From: Camelus dromedarius
Lineage: Eukaryota
Length of the DNA stretch: 64,000 nt
NCBI RefSeq assembly: GCF_036321535.1
Contig: NC_087436.1
Location: 78,122,001-78,186,000 of the forward strand
Direction of reading: 5' to 3'
Position 1 is the stretch's first letter. Every line of letters starts with the position of its first letter. Under the pieces are notes generated by a model that was given only the letters and a program-made list of their open reading frames with translations, did not search any database and was not told the origin of the DNA. Of this stretch, positions 13,261-24,919 are shown one piece after another. Made by a program: the position numbers and the translations under genes.

Positions 13261-14004
13261 CTGTGAAGTGCTAGAAATTGTTTGAGAAGCATTTGCCACA
13301 AATAGCAACATCCTACTCTCGGGAACTTCAGAATTATGATTTTCCAAATGGCGATTTGAAATCCAAACTTTGCGTTCTGCATTATACATGCTCGGGAAAG
13401 GCAGACAGCTAGAGGGACAACCAAATGTCATGAAAGACAGAGATGCTCAGTGAGTCCCGGTGAGCATTCAGAGTGTCCTGATTTAAAGGTAGGCGTTTGC
13501 TGTGTCTTTCCCTCCTTTCCAGTCCCCTGCCTTTACCTAGAGGATTATGTGTGATTTTTTTTTTTTTAAGCTGCAAAAGAAAGCAAGCATTTAGTTACAC
13601 TCTCTAGCAGTCCTTTGGTCAAAAAACTATGATTTATGGTTAGTAAATTTCAGTGAGCTCATCCTTCCCCAGATGACATGACTTACCCCTAATCAAACAT
13701 CTTCTTGCCTTTCTTTTCTCCCTAGGGCCACCAGCTGCCATCTCTCTTACAAGGAGTCATTCTTCCTACACGAAGATGACACTGCCCACATTATCTATAA
13801 CTATCCATTTTTGAAGTACAACTGTGTACCTTGTAAGTGGGAATAATGCTCAGGGTAGCCAAGAATTATAGGACTACCAGAACATTTAGAGCCATCTCTA
13901 ACAGATTTTTAGCCCAGTTAAAACTTTTACAGACAGATGAACACTCTTGGTCAGTCTACAGATGTCCTTAAGAGGTGAGGATACAATGTGTAAAAATGCT
14001 ATAA

Positions 14005-14370
14005 CAGCCTATCACCTAGCAAATTAGCAGGGATTTATTTTATAATTGTTAACACTTAGTCTTGGAAATGACATCACAAACATGGCCACTTTCATTCATT
14101 ACAGGAGAGAGTATAAATTTGAAAAACTCTTTTGGGAAAAAATATGAGCAAAATGTATTGAGAACCTCAAACTATACTTATCCTTTGATCCAGTAATTTT
14201 AGAACAGGGTTAAGGATATAAAGCTGAAATACTGAAAAATGTTTAATGCCTCAAAAATTTACTAATTATAATTATTATAATAGTAAAAAAGGAAAAACTT
14301 AAATATCCAACATCATGGGACTGAGGATATAAATTAAGATATTGTATCAAACAAATGGAAATTGCAATCA
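14005..14370 (+). mobile_element. L1ME-type ORF2 end/3' UTR fragment
   Basis: ggagagagtataaatttgaaaaactcttttggg, tatcctttgatccagtaattt, ggaaaaacttaaatatccaacatcatggga. Confidence 0.7.
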
Positions 14371-14518
14371 CATCCCTCATCATGGCAGAGGGAGGGAGAA
14401 GAGTCAGTTACAGAACAGATTTACTGTCATAGCTGATGAAGAAATCACCCACTGGAAATCCCAAAGGAAATTCAACTGCTTTGCTTGTTTGTTTCTGAGT
14501 CTGATGATGCAAAGATGT

Positions 14519-14710
14519 GGTGGGATGAGATTTATCCCATCTCCCTTGTCTTTTCTCAAGCCCTAGTATGAAGCAGACAACAAATGCAAGTTTGCTCATT
14601 GCTTTAGTCGGTCATTGAAAATGAATAAGGCAGATAAGTAGATTCTCTCTGGAGAAACTCTACTGTTACGGAAAAAAAAAAAAAAAACCACGATTATGAG
14701 TGATAAAGCC
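14519..14710 (+). repeat. Copy B of a local direct duplication (paired with 13063-13260)
   Basis: Same four exact words in the same order at an offset of about 1455 bp. Confidence 0.85.
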
Positions 14711-15224
14711 TACACTGACAGGTAGGGATTCAAGATGAGTGCCAACAATCTATTCATTCATCCCAAGCTCAATTCCTGTAAGAATTTAACTCTAGACCCA
14801 TGGCACTACACTGGAAAATATTACATCTTATCAAAACACTGTGAAGAATACCCTTATGCTAACATATTTTTTCTCTTATATTAATGGAATGCCCTTCTCT
14901 TCCCAGTATTAATTGACATTACAGCAGGTTCCCTCCTTTTCAGTTTAGTCTAAGATTCCCAGACTATAGGAATGGAGACTTGGAGATGGAGGGGAAACTC
15001 ATCCCACTATAGATTATTATATAATCATTAAACTAAGAGGGGGAAAGGCAAGATAAAATTATAAGTGGGAACACGGATGACTCGCTGTCACTTTTTGTTT
15101 CTACTTTTTGTATGTTCCCCACAATTTCCACAAGAAGTAAGTGGTGTTTTACAATTTAAAATTTAAAATAATTTGACTAGTAATTGCATTCTTAGAAGCA
15201 AAAGTTGAAACCACTGTGCTTTCT

Positions 15225-16050
15225 TTGTTTGAACGAACTGTTAACCGCTACCTTTGCCAGGTAGTGTGCTGGCTAGAAAGGTGAGGAGGTCATGGCCCAC
15301 GTTCTCAAAGAGTATAGGTATCTGAAGGAGAAAAAGTGCTGTGGATTCAAGTGGTGGTACTAGGGGGTAAGTGTTGCCGTCTAAGGATGTAGAGATTACA
15401 GCAGGAGCACAGGAGCAGTTACCAGCTCTGCCTGGAGTAGGAGTGCGAATATCAGGGGGCTTCATAGGGTAAGGAACATCCAACTGAGCTTAGGAGGAAG
15501 ATTCACTTCACCACTTGGGGGGTAAATGATGGACGAGAATTTCAAACAGAGAGAAGAGAACGGACGTAACATCATCAGGCCAGGAACTCATGAAGGTAAG
15601 TAATCCAGAAAAAGATGATGAAGCTGTGAGCACATGGCAGCTGCAAAGGGAATGGCAGGTGGGGGGACCTGAAGGACTCACCAGAGGTAAAAGTCACAGG
15701 GCTTAGAGACGGAATGGCCGTGGGAGGTGAAGGATAAGGATTGGACAGCGACTCCAAGTTCTGTAGTTCAGGCAAGAATAACTAAACCTAATCCGAGAGT
15801 GAGTTAGGGGGATAGTAAGGCCATTAACTACATCAAGAAAATAGGAGGAAAGATTGGTTTGGGAGAGAGAGGAAATAGGACATAGGAACTTATTCTGGAC
15901 ACTTGGAGTTTGAGCTGCCTCTACAACTGACACCCATGGAGTAATTCAGAAAAAGAAACACGATGCTGGAACCCAGGGCAAAGATCCAGGGTTAGAGGTT
16001 GACACTTGGGAGTAGAGGTTATTGTCAAAATAATGGGTAAAGGTAGAACA
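15225..16050 (-). mobile_element. L2 3' region
   Basis: tgccaggtagtgtgctgg, gggcttcatagggtaaggaacatccaactgagct, gactccaagttctgtagttcaggcaa, ttattctggacacttggagtttgagctgcct. Confidence 0.75.
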
Positions 16051-16204
16051 GAACAGCCTCCTGACCATTCTCCCTCGTCCCAGAGCAGCCATCCCCACTC
16101 CCATCCTAACCAGTTTTCCATACTGTAGTCCCAGGAATCTTCCCAAGTAGGAATCTTACTATTTAATGCCCTAGCTTAGAACCTTTCAATGCACCCAGTC
16201 TCGA

Positions 16205-16700
16205 TGGCAGTCAGAGAAATGTCAGTTGAAAGGACAATGAGATTCTATTTTTTGCCTGCTGGACTGGAAAAAATTAAAGATTGATCATATCCACTGCTGG
16301 TAAGCACAGGGGGTAATGAGCACTCAGATATTTCTGGGAGTGCAAATTGCTATGTTATTTTGGGACATCTATTACCATTTTAAAAATCTCATGACTTTGA
16401 TCCAGAAATCCCAGTTTTAAGAATCTTTTAGAAACCAAAGCAATAGTACCAAAGGAAATAGGTACAAAAATCTTCATTACTACCTTGTCTGTAAGAAAGA
16501 AAACTTATAAACAACCAAATGCCACTACAAATGTAATCTTCAAATAAATGGCAATTCATATTAAGTAGTGGTATGCAGCTGCTAAAAATTAATACCTACT
16601 TATGTTTGGATTTGGATCTAGAAAGACACTTGTGATAGATTAAGTGAAAAAAAGAAAGAGTTGCTAAGTTCTATACGATGATTCGATTTAAGAGGGAAAA
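16205..16700 (+). mobile_element. L1ME-type fragment
   Basis: tcagagaaatgtcagttgaaaggacaatgagattctattttttgcct, gactttgatccagaaatcccagttttaagaatct, aaacaaccaaatgcca. Confidence 0.75.
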
Positions 16701-16715
16701 AGTGAGGTGACACCT

Positions 16716-16942
16716 CATAATAGCTAATATGAACATAGTGCTTACTTTTTATCAGATTTTAAGGGCATCATACAACAATCTCACATGGTAGGTAAAAGAT
16801 TCGTACCACTCCCATTTTACAGACAAGGAAACTGAAGCCAAAATAGGTTACCTCTGCAGGTCACACAGCTAGCAAGGGTCAGGCAGGCGTTAGACCAGGC
16901 TGTCTGGCTGAGAACCTACACTTTTGATCTCTGTGCTATTCT
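16716..16942 (-). mobile_element. MIR, near full length
   Basis: cccattttacagacaaggaaactgaagcc..aggtcacacagctagcaag. Confidence 0.85.
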
Positions 16943-16988
16943 TGGATACAAGTGATCAGAGAAAGATAAAATTGGAGATTGTTAATTT

Positions 16989-17312
16989 TAAAAAAAATTT
17001 TTTATTGGTGTGGTTGATTTACAATGTTAGTTTCAGGTGTACAGGAAAGCAATTCAGTTATACATGTACAGACACAGTATACATAATATACATGTATTTT
17101 CATATTCTTTTCCATTATAGCTTACTACAAGAAACTGAATATGGTTCCCTGAGATACACAAAAGGTCTTTGTTAATCTATTTTATATATAGTAGTGTATA
17201 TCTGTTAACCCCAAACTCTCAATTTATCCCTCCCCCATCCTTTCTTATTTGGTAACCATAGTTTGTTTTCTATGTCCATGAGTCTACTTCTGGTCTGTAA
17301 ATAAAATTTGTA
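16989..17312 (-). mobile_element. 5'-truncated artiodactyl-type L1 3' end
   Basis: gttgatttacaatgttagtttcaggtgtacag..aatttatccctcccc..ggtaaccatagtttgttttctatgtc; 16 bp TSD tggagat(t/g)gttaattt at 16973-16988 and 17313-17328. Confidence 0.92.
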
Positions 17313-18003
17313 TGGAGATGGTTAATTTCTAAAATACCATTGCGTGGTTGGACTTATTAAAGAATGTGTTATTTCTATCACTGAAAAAAAGTTCAGTAGA
17401 AATATCTCGGGAAAGAGACTCTGAAGGTTTCCAGTCGTCCTTAAAACAAAAGTTCACACTTCCTGCTTCAGCCTCTCCTTAGGCACTGTGTCCTACAGGC
17501 TCATTTGTCTACAGGTGGAGGCGAACTGCTTGCATGTCTTGAACATCATTTTATACAAGGCAATGGCAATCCACGTTCCTCAATGTCTTCCAAGGCTCCT
17601 GAGGCCCCGGCCTCACATTGGAAGAGGCAGGGAGAGAGAAGCAGGGCTCACCAGCTCACAGTTGGCATTTGGGACCTTAATCAGAGAGCAGATCCTTTAT
17701 TAGCAAGCACAAAGGGCACTGCGCTTGTCAGGCTGACGGGGAGCACACTGAGTGTAACAAAGCCCAGCGCCTTATTTATGTGGCGGCTCACAGCTGCCGA
17801 GGATGGGCCTCCTGTTCTCCAGGAGCCTGCGGGCCCCTGGGAGGTCACTCTCAGGCCCACTGGGCTGCGGTCATCTGCAACCAGGGACACAAGAATAGGA
17901 CCCAAAATGGGTACCAAAATGGACTTCCCCCGGGAGCTGCCTCCCTGCAGTCAGGTCAGGCCTCAGTTCCACGTCTCAGAAGATTTCCCGCATCAGAAAG
18001 AGC

Positions 18004-18112
18004 TAACGCAACATTGTAAATCAACCGTACTCCAATAAAAAACAAAAGCCAATAACAAAATTTTAATGTAAAAAACATTTAAAAATAAAACATAGAGGGG
18101 AAAAAAAAAAGA
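18004..18112 (+). mobile_element. Very short L1 3' stub with A-rich tail
   Basis: taacgcaacattgtaaatcaaccgtactccaataaaa plus decayed poly(A); aaagagc on both flanks. Confidence 0.8.
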
Positions 18113-18582
18113 AAAGAGCGAGCAGGCCCTCCCATCCCCATTCCCCTCACTCTGCTTGTCTTTCCTCCTGGTCTACCTGACCCAGCAGGCATGTTCATTT
18201 CCTACACCATCACCCCCTCCCAGGGCCTCCATCGAGCCTTTGGAAATGGGACCCAGAGCCTTGCTTTGCTCGGAGGCACACAGTAGGTGTGCAGTGCAGA
18301 ACTGCTGAACGACGAATGTATTGACTTCTCCCATTGCTTCTCTGGGGCCTCCAGCAGGAGTCTCTCCCAGTCTCCTCTCTCCAACCCAGGCTTTCTTAGT
18401 CTGGGGTATCAAGATTGAAATGGACAGATTGCATTACAATGAATTTTTCTTTTTCACCAACAATGACTAATAATTAACAACTGAAATGATCACGCCCTTC
18501 TCACTCATGGGCATTCCAACATGCTTCACTTGAGTGAGCAAGAGGCAGAACTGTTGTCATGTTCATAACATAATAGCCAGTA

Positions 18583-18815
18583 GCACGCACGCGCGCACAC
18601 GCACACACACACACGCGCACACGCACACACACACACACACACGCACACACACACGTACACACACACGCACACACACACACGCGCACACGCGCACGCGCAC
18701 ACGCACACACACGCGCGCACACACACACACGCACGCGCGCACACACACGCACGCGCACGCGCGCACGCACGCGCGCACGCGCGCACACGCACGCGCACAC
18801 GCACACACACACACA
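18583..18815. repeat. Compound (CA)n/(CG)n microsatellite, 233 nt strict purine-pyrimidine alternation
   Basis: Read directly from the sequence. Confidence 0.98.
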
Positions 18816-19906
18816 ATTTAAGGGTACATACGTTTACTGATAATCTTTACTCAACTTTTTGTCTGTAGACAGGGGAAGACAATTTAAAAAGTTTAAAGAC
18901 TGGTTGTTTAAAGAGAGAAGGGAGAATAACGCTAGACCCCTTTCAGGACAACACGGGTTTCTCTCACAGGTGACTCACCCAGCAACAGCTACCCTGGCTA
19001 CACAGAGAACAGAAAGAATGGCCCTTGAGGCAATTCCTATTAGAAAAAACAGAGGCATGTCCCGGGGCACCTGTCATCCTGCTTATTCCGAATTCTGCAG
19101 GCCCAGCTTTTCCTCACAGTGAATTTCCACTGCTTAAAGTACTGGTTGCCTACTGTATCGGTTTTCTTTCTCTTTGCAGTTTTCCGTCCATTTTCTGCTT
19201 AGTAGGGTCCCAGCAGGCTCCGAGTTCCGGTGTAGGGCAGCACTGCCCACCACCCCGCCCCACAGAAAGACAGAGAGAAGCTTTGAGAGTTCACAAGGAG
19301 TGACTTCCTGCTACCAGAAGCCATCACTAACCTAACGCCAAGACCTCTGGTTTTAAACCACTCATCACCTAAGATCTCCGTGAAACTGATACCCTGATAG
19401 GCATTCAACAAAGGTCAGAAAATGGGGGCACATTCTGATTTGGGGTTGGAAAGGGTGTGTGTGCAGCCCTTGAAGGACACTCTTGATTAAAGACTGAAAT
19501 GCACTTTCCTGTGGGCAACAGCTGCATGTGGGTAGTTCCCTTTGTTGAACAAGGAACAAAGCACTGCATGGGCCTGAGGCTAATTCATCTTCCCCACAAT
19601 ATAGAATGTCCCATCAGTTCTGGAAGTAGATTTATGGAATAGATAAGCCCTGAAACACTATTTTTACTGGCTCGTAAAAATGTCAACAGCATCTCCCCTC
19701 TCTTGATACTGCTGTCGGCCAGCCCCTTTGGTGGGCATGTGGTGCCAGGGGACCAATGGCGTGCATCTGGTGTTTGTATACGGTGATTAGTTCTGTGGAC
19801 ACAGATTCTACCAATGATGCCAGCCAATGGTGTCACCAATGCTGAGTGAAGGGCTATGCATGTACGGTTGCCAATCCACCACTGATAACAAAAAAAAAAA
19901 CAACCC

Positions 19907-19979
19907 ATGTGTATATTACATACATATACATATGTATACATGTATATATGTATATACATATGTGTGTGTATATGTATAT
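19907..19979. repeat. (TA/TG/CA) low-complexity microsatellite
   Basis: atgtgtatattacatacatatacatatgtatacatgtatatatg.. Confidence 0.9.
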
Positions 19980-20199
19980 CATTTAGAGTTTGGCCTCCTA
20001 ATGAGAAGAGCCAGAGAAACCAACCTTATGTATAAAGGCCGATTTTTGTATAAATGCTATGGGTTGGGATATCTGGTGACACCGGATATCAGCAGCTCAA
20101 AATATAAGGTCAAATTTTCAAGTATCACTAAAATTTTGGTTTCCTGCTAGGTGTGTGCGTGTTTGATTTTTCTTGTTTCTTTGTTTTTGCTTGTTTGTT

Positions 20200-20855
20200 C
20201 AGATCTAGCTCAATTTGTTTTTGGCTCGGATTTCTCTCCTGAATTCCAGAACCATATGCCATCGGCTAACTGAACATCCTATCTGCAGGTCCCAAAGATG
20301 TCTCAGTCTCAAACGGTTCCAGACCACACACCCTCCTAGCCTCCCAAATGTGTTCTTGCTCTGGTCTTCCCCATCACAGTGAAGACATCACGGGCAGCGG
20401 TTTCTCAATCAGAAACCTGGTGGCAACCTGGGGCTCTCCCTTCCATGCTCTTCTCACACCCAATCTGTCAAGTACGGTGTCGCTTAGAGTGGTGGTTAAG
20501 AGTTCAAAACCTGCTTCTGCCACTTCCTAGCTGTGTGTCCCTGAGCAAGTAACTGAACGACTCCATTACTTCACCTGAAAAACACCAGCACCATTCGTGG
20601 TGGTTGTAAAGATTCAAGGAAATGATGAATGTAGAGGGCTGAGAGCTGTGTATGACAAGTGGTGAGCGCTCAACAAACACTGGCCATTTACGAACTTCTG
20701 ATGACATCTTTGTACACAGCGTGTCTTTCACACACAGACAGTTCTCGGCAACCTCACAACCACTCCTCCACAGCCCCCGCACCACTCTGGTTCTCCTCAG
20801 ACCTCAACTGCACCCTCCCTGCCCTCTCACACTGCTGCCACAGTGATCTTTCTAG
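20200..20855 (+). mobile_element. L2 interrupted by a MIR (MIR ~20475-20690, + strand)
   Basis: L2: tttctctcctgaattccagaaccatat, tcttccccatcacagtgaa, cactgctgccacagtgatctttct; MIR: gtggttaagag..ctgccacttcctagctgtgtgtccctgagcaagt. Confidence 0.75.
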
Positions 20856-22439
20856 GCCCATCCTTAGGTGGGGAACTGACCCCTGCCCAGGCCCACGCTT
20901 GGGGAATGGAGGGTGACACTGAGAGTGAGCCACTGAAGCTTCATCTTTCTCCTTTCTTTCTGAGTATCATTAAAATTCAATTTTGACATCTCTGTCTTAA
21001 ACTACAACCCAAGAGGCCCATAAAATATGTCAACAGCACAGCCTTCTTTCTAGTGCACACACCTTGGGCAGCTCCTGTACTGGTCAACTTACCCGCTTCC
21101 CACAACCCCCAATTTTCTAGGGGCTGCCACATATTAAATAACAGACTAGTTGAGAGAAGGGTCTATATAATTTATCTTTATACCTCTCAGGATAGTGTAA
21201 TGCCCAGCCATAGTAGGTCTTCAAAAAGTACTCACTGAACGGCCGGTAGGGTGGCCACTACTGTGTAGGTCCAGGCCAACTCACCATTATTTCATAGTAG
21301 AGTTAAGCCAAGGCTCTAGGACAAAGGGAACACACAAGCATTCTGGTTCCTAAGCCCTCGGTACACTAGCCACCACACACGTATCTGTAGAAGGAAGATG
21401 AGAATGGTACCTGCCTTGGAAACAACAGGTCATCCCACCCCACCTGTGTTCCAGCATCCCAACCAGGAAGACCAGAGGAGAGTTTGCTACAGTCTAGCAG
21501 GGAAATGATTCTGGAAGTTGAGGAGAGCAGCCAGTGCATTTATCCAGCAAGTATTTGTTGAGTACTTACTATGTGCCTGGCCCTGCCCTCACTGGGGCCT
21601 ATGACTTCTGTGGGTACAACTCACAGGGTGCTTGTTTACCCCCCAGGGAAGGTATGGTGTGTTAAGACCCAGTCTAAGTGCTTACACGGCATCACACAGT
21701 ATTTGGAAACTGATTCCTTTCGATAAAGAAATCAGTTTTCTCTGAATGAAATTTTTCATCACTGTTTCTTCTGACAGCTAGTTGATGATGATATGTCCCT
21801 TTTGGGTCACATAATGTTTCCTATTCAAACAGTCTGACTGTTCTCTTTCAGTCCCCCAAAGACACACTTGGCTCTTCCTGAACACCACAATCAGGTAATT
21901 AAGAAAAATGGAGTGCCAGATGCCACAGAAAAAATATCCATCTTTGAGGAGAAACCAGCTTGCTTTCTGTCCTGGAAAACTGGGTGTTCAAGTGAATAAA
22001 GCTCCAGTTAATGTTCTAGGTCCTAAACTGCCATTGACTCACGCGACCTTTGGTGGATTGAGTGTCTCCTCTGGGCCTCAAGTTCCTTCTTCTTAATAGG
22101 TAATTGATATCCTCACCCCAGGGCTACGACAAACAGGGGCCACCTGCCCTTTTAAGAGTGATCACTAGCAGCAGAAAAGATTCAGGCCTCGGTTTAGAAA
22201 TGCCTGCCTAGGAGTTTGAAAGGACCTGAAGATGACGGGAAGGGAAATAAAGGCTTTTCTTCAAAGATCTCTTGGTTCTCTGTGGGGAAGGAAGCATTCT
22301 CCTCCTCTTGCCTATGTCTTTCTTGGCCTGAATTCTAAGTATTTTATTTAAAATGTTCAGAGTAAACCCCCTCTACACCCATATAACACATTCAATTACT
22401 ACTCATTAAGTGCCTTGAGCATTCTGCAGTGGAATGGTG

Positions 22440-23545
22440 GTATCTATGAACGCCTATGTTCCACAGAGGTTCACTGGCTATTTCCTGGCAGCACTGAAGA
22501 GCTTTCACACTTGACGGTGAGTTTCATGCTCCTTGTCTATAAAAATACAAGTGTACTTTCTGTCATGTAAGAGATTGCTAACCCTTGCAGGTATCTAGAA
22601 GATTTTTTTTCAAAATAATAAATCCACTAATTAACTTATAATAAATCCACTAATAATAAATCCACTAATTTAACTCTCATTTTTTTTCTTTTCAATCTGC
22701 CCCTCCATGATAGAGCAGTATTCGAACAATGAACTTAAAAATTGCTTTTTAAAAAAAGGGAACATTTTAAAAACAGATGTCTAGAAATATTTCCATGATT
22801 ACGTGATCTTGTTGCCTGAAAACACTATGTCTCTCTTAAAATATTCTCCTATCTGCTCTCTTTAACGACTTGCATCTATGTTCAAGTCTTCCAAATAAAG
22901 ACATTCAATGGGGTTTGAAGCTATTCGTTAGGAGAGCGTGAGATGAAACTCTCTGATAAAAGTTTAGGGCCTTGACATCATCTGGTTAGTTTACAAGAGC
23001 AACTGATTGACAAAGTTAAGGTGGAAATATATTAGCTGAATGAGATTTTAAAATTATTTCCATAATTAGTAAATGAGATGGAAAGTAAAAGAATGTTCTG
23101 ATTTAGTAAGCATAGTCAAGGATGTCCTTCTTTCTCTTGGATCTGCAGGTCCCTGTGAGCTAATTTTTTTCAGCTACAATAGCCATTAGAATGAAATATT
23201 TAAATAAACGAAACTTCGAACCAGATCTTTAACAAAGTCTTAATAAAGATCTTAAAGAAAGTGTTAAAATAAGATTTTCAAACTAATGAAGCACATTCAG
23301 TCACATTGCTTTCACTAAAACATAATTCTCAGTAGGAATAAAATATTTTTATATCATTAGTAACATAAAATTACTTATTTATTTCCCTTCTTACTACTTC
23401 ATTTTTATTCTTATGTCATATATCATATAATCTATGTAATCTATTGGCATAACATTATGTGCAAATATTTATGAGTAAACATATTTTGGATGATATACTC
23501 AAAAGATTTTGCTAATAGGAACAAAAACAAAAAAACTTAAAGAAG
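22440..23545 (+). mobile_element. hAT-Charlie DNA transposon remnant with decayed transposase C-terminus (Charlie7-like)
   Basis: Frame-shifted translation: LQEQLID (22991-23011), ECSDLVSIVKDVLLSLGSAGPCEL / FSATIAIRMKYLNKRNFEPDL (23091-23229), LMKHIQSHCFH* (stop 23316-23318). This fits the hAT dimerisation-domain pattern of Charlie transposases. Confidence 0.75.
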
Positions 23546-23551
23546 GTTCCT

Positions 23552-23690
23552 TATATTAGTTTTCTGTGGCTTTCTAACAAATTTTCACAAACTTGGTCAC
23601 ATAAACAATAGAAATTTACTCTGTCATAGTTCTGGAGGCCAGAAGTCCAAAAGCGGCATCACCAGGCTGAAATCAAGTTATCAGCTGGGA
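23552..23690 (-). mobile_element. MaLR LTR 3' fragment (MLT1D/E-like)
   Basis: tatattagttttctgtggctttctaacaaattttcacaaacttgg..tagttctggaggccagaagtccaa. Confidence 0.85.
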
Positions 23691-23859
23691 TTTTATGGGA
23701 CATCTAGTGAAACTGAAGGAATGTCATTATTATGGATAAATCAAAGAAATGTCTGATTCTAGAAAAGATTTTTAATGTATTTTATCTAAACTTGGACTAA
23801 AACCAAGGATAGAATAACATGCCTGAGAACAGTGAACAACAAGGAAGTAACTAATATTG

Positions 23860-23944
23860 TCTCTCCCTCTCTCTCTCTCTCCTCTCTCTCTATATACACA
23901 TACACATATATATATACATATACTCTCTATATAGATATATATAC
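23860..23944. repeat. (CT)n-(TA)n compound microsatellite
   Basis: Read directly from the sequence. Confidence 0.9.
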
Positions 23945-23966
23945 TGTCCATTTCAGTTTAGTAAAG

Positions 23967-24133
23967 GAGTGGTTCTCAGACTTAACCCTGTATCAGAACC
24001 CCAGCTTGTTAAAACATGAATTGCTGGGCTCTCCCCCAGTAGGTCTATGATTGGCCCGAGAATTTGCATTTTTAACAGGTTCCCATGCAACACTGATGTT
24101 CCTGGTCCAGGCGCCACGCTTCAAGAACCACTG
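23967..24133. mobile_element. MER5A (hAT-Charlie) MITE
   Basis: TIRs agtggttctca..aagaaccactg; ggcccgagaatttgcatttttaacaggttccc. Confidence 0.85.
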
Positions 24134-24264
24134 CAGAGTATTTATTGAAGGCCTCAACATCAGAGACGACAGCCAGGAGCTAGGGGCACAAGATGAATAA
24201 AACAAGTCCCAAGGCTCAAGGAGCTAATGGGCCAAAAAGGTGTCATGCAGATCATTTTACTGTA

Positions 24265-24900
24265 CAGTAGAAGTCTGATAATCCAGCATTCAGTAACCCA
24301 GATACCCCGATGGTTCACCTTCAGTCGAAGGTAGAGTAATACAGAACATCTTAATGTCCTGTGCTCTTGCTAGTCACAAGTTGATTGTTAGGATGAATTT
24401 CCTTAACTGGCCAAACGGATCTATCATTAACTCAGAAATCTCCCAAGAAATAGAAAAGAAGAAAATCCTTTTAAGAGAAGTAAGTTAGCCTACCCTCAAT
24501 GACTGCTTATAAAGTGTATTCAATGTTATGAGCCAGTCAACACAACGTCTATGAGCTAAACTGATTTCCACCAGAAGCAGATGTCAGAACATCATCAAGA
24601 AGGCATCCGGCACTCGCCTACAACCTCTGTATCGGCTACTGCTTCAACTCCAGGTGCTCCTGAGTCACGTCTGGATGGAGATGCTGCTGGGGTCAACGTT
24701 GATGAGCGTGCTCACCAGCACTGACATTCAACAAATACTTCCTCTGCACAGGCTGATCTTGTAGTTAATGTTGTTCTAGTGGCGTGTGTAGCTATTGCCA
24801 AATTTACTGCATTTATAGCAGTTTAATGTCATCTTTTTAAAAATTTATGTAGTGCCTTATATTCAACAATAAATGGGGTTTTTTATTTAAAGCTTTCTTT
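24265..24900. mobile_element. Possible old TcMar-Tigger remnant
   Basis: Starts ta|cagtagaagtctgataatccagca, a Tigger-like TIR; the partner TIR was not found. Confidence 0.3.
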
Positions 24901-24919
24901 TCTTTTTTTAGTTTTTCAA

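Noticed and set aside
17505..18038. 177 aa ORF
   Set aside because: No recognisable domain, GC-rich context with ORFs in several frames, and it terminates inside an L1 stub.
18501..18821. Four overlapping ORFs rich in C/V/R/A or H/T/R/A
   Set aside because: They are translations of the (CA)/(CG) microsatellite, which contains no stop codons.
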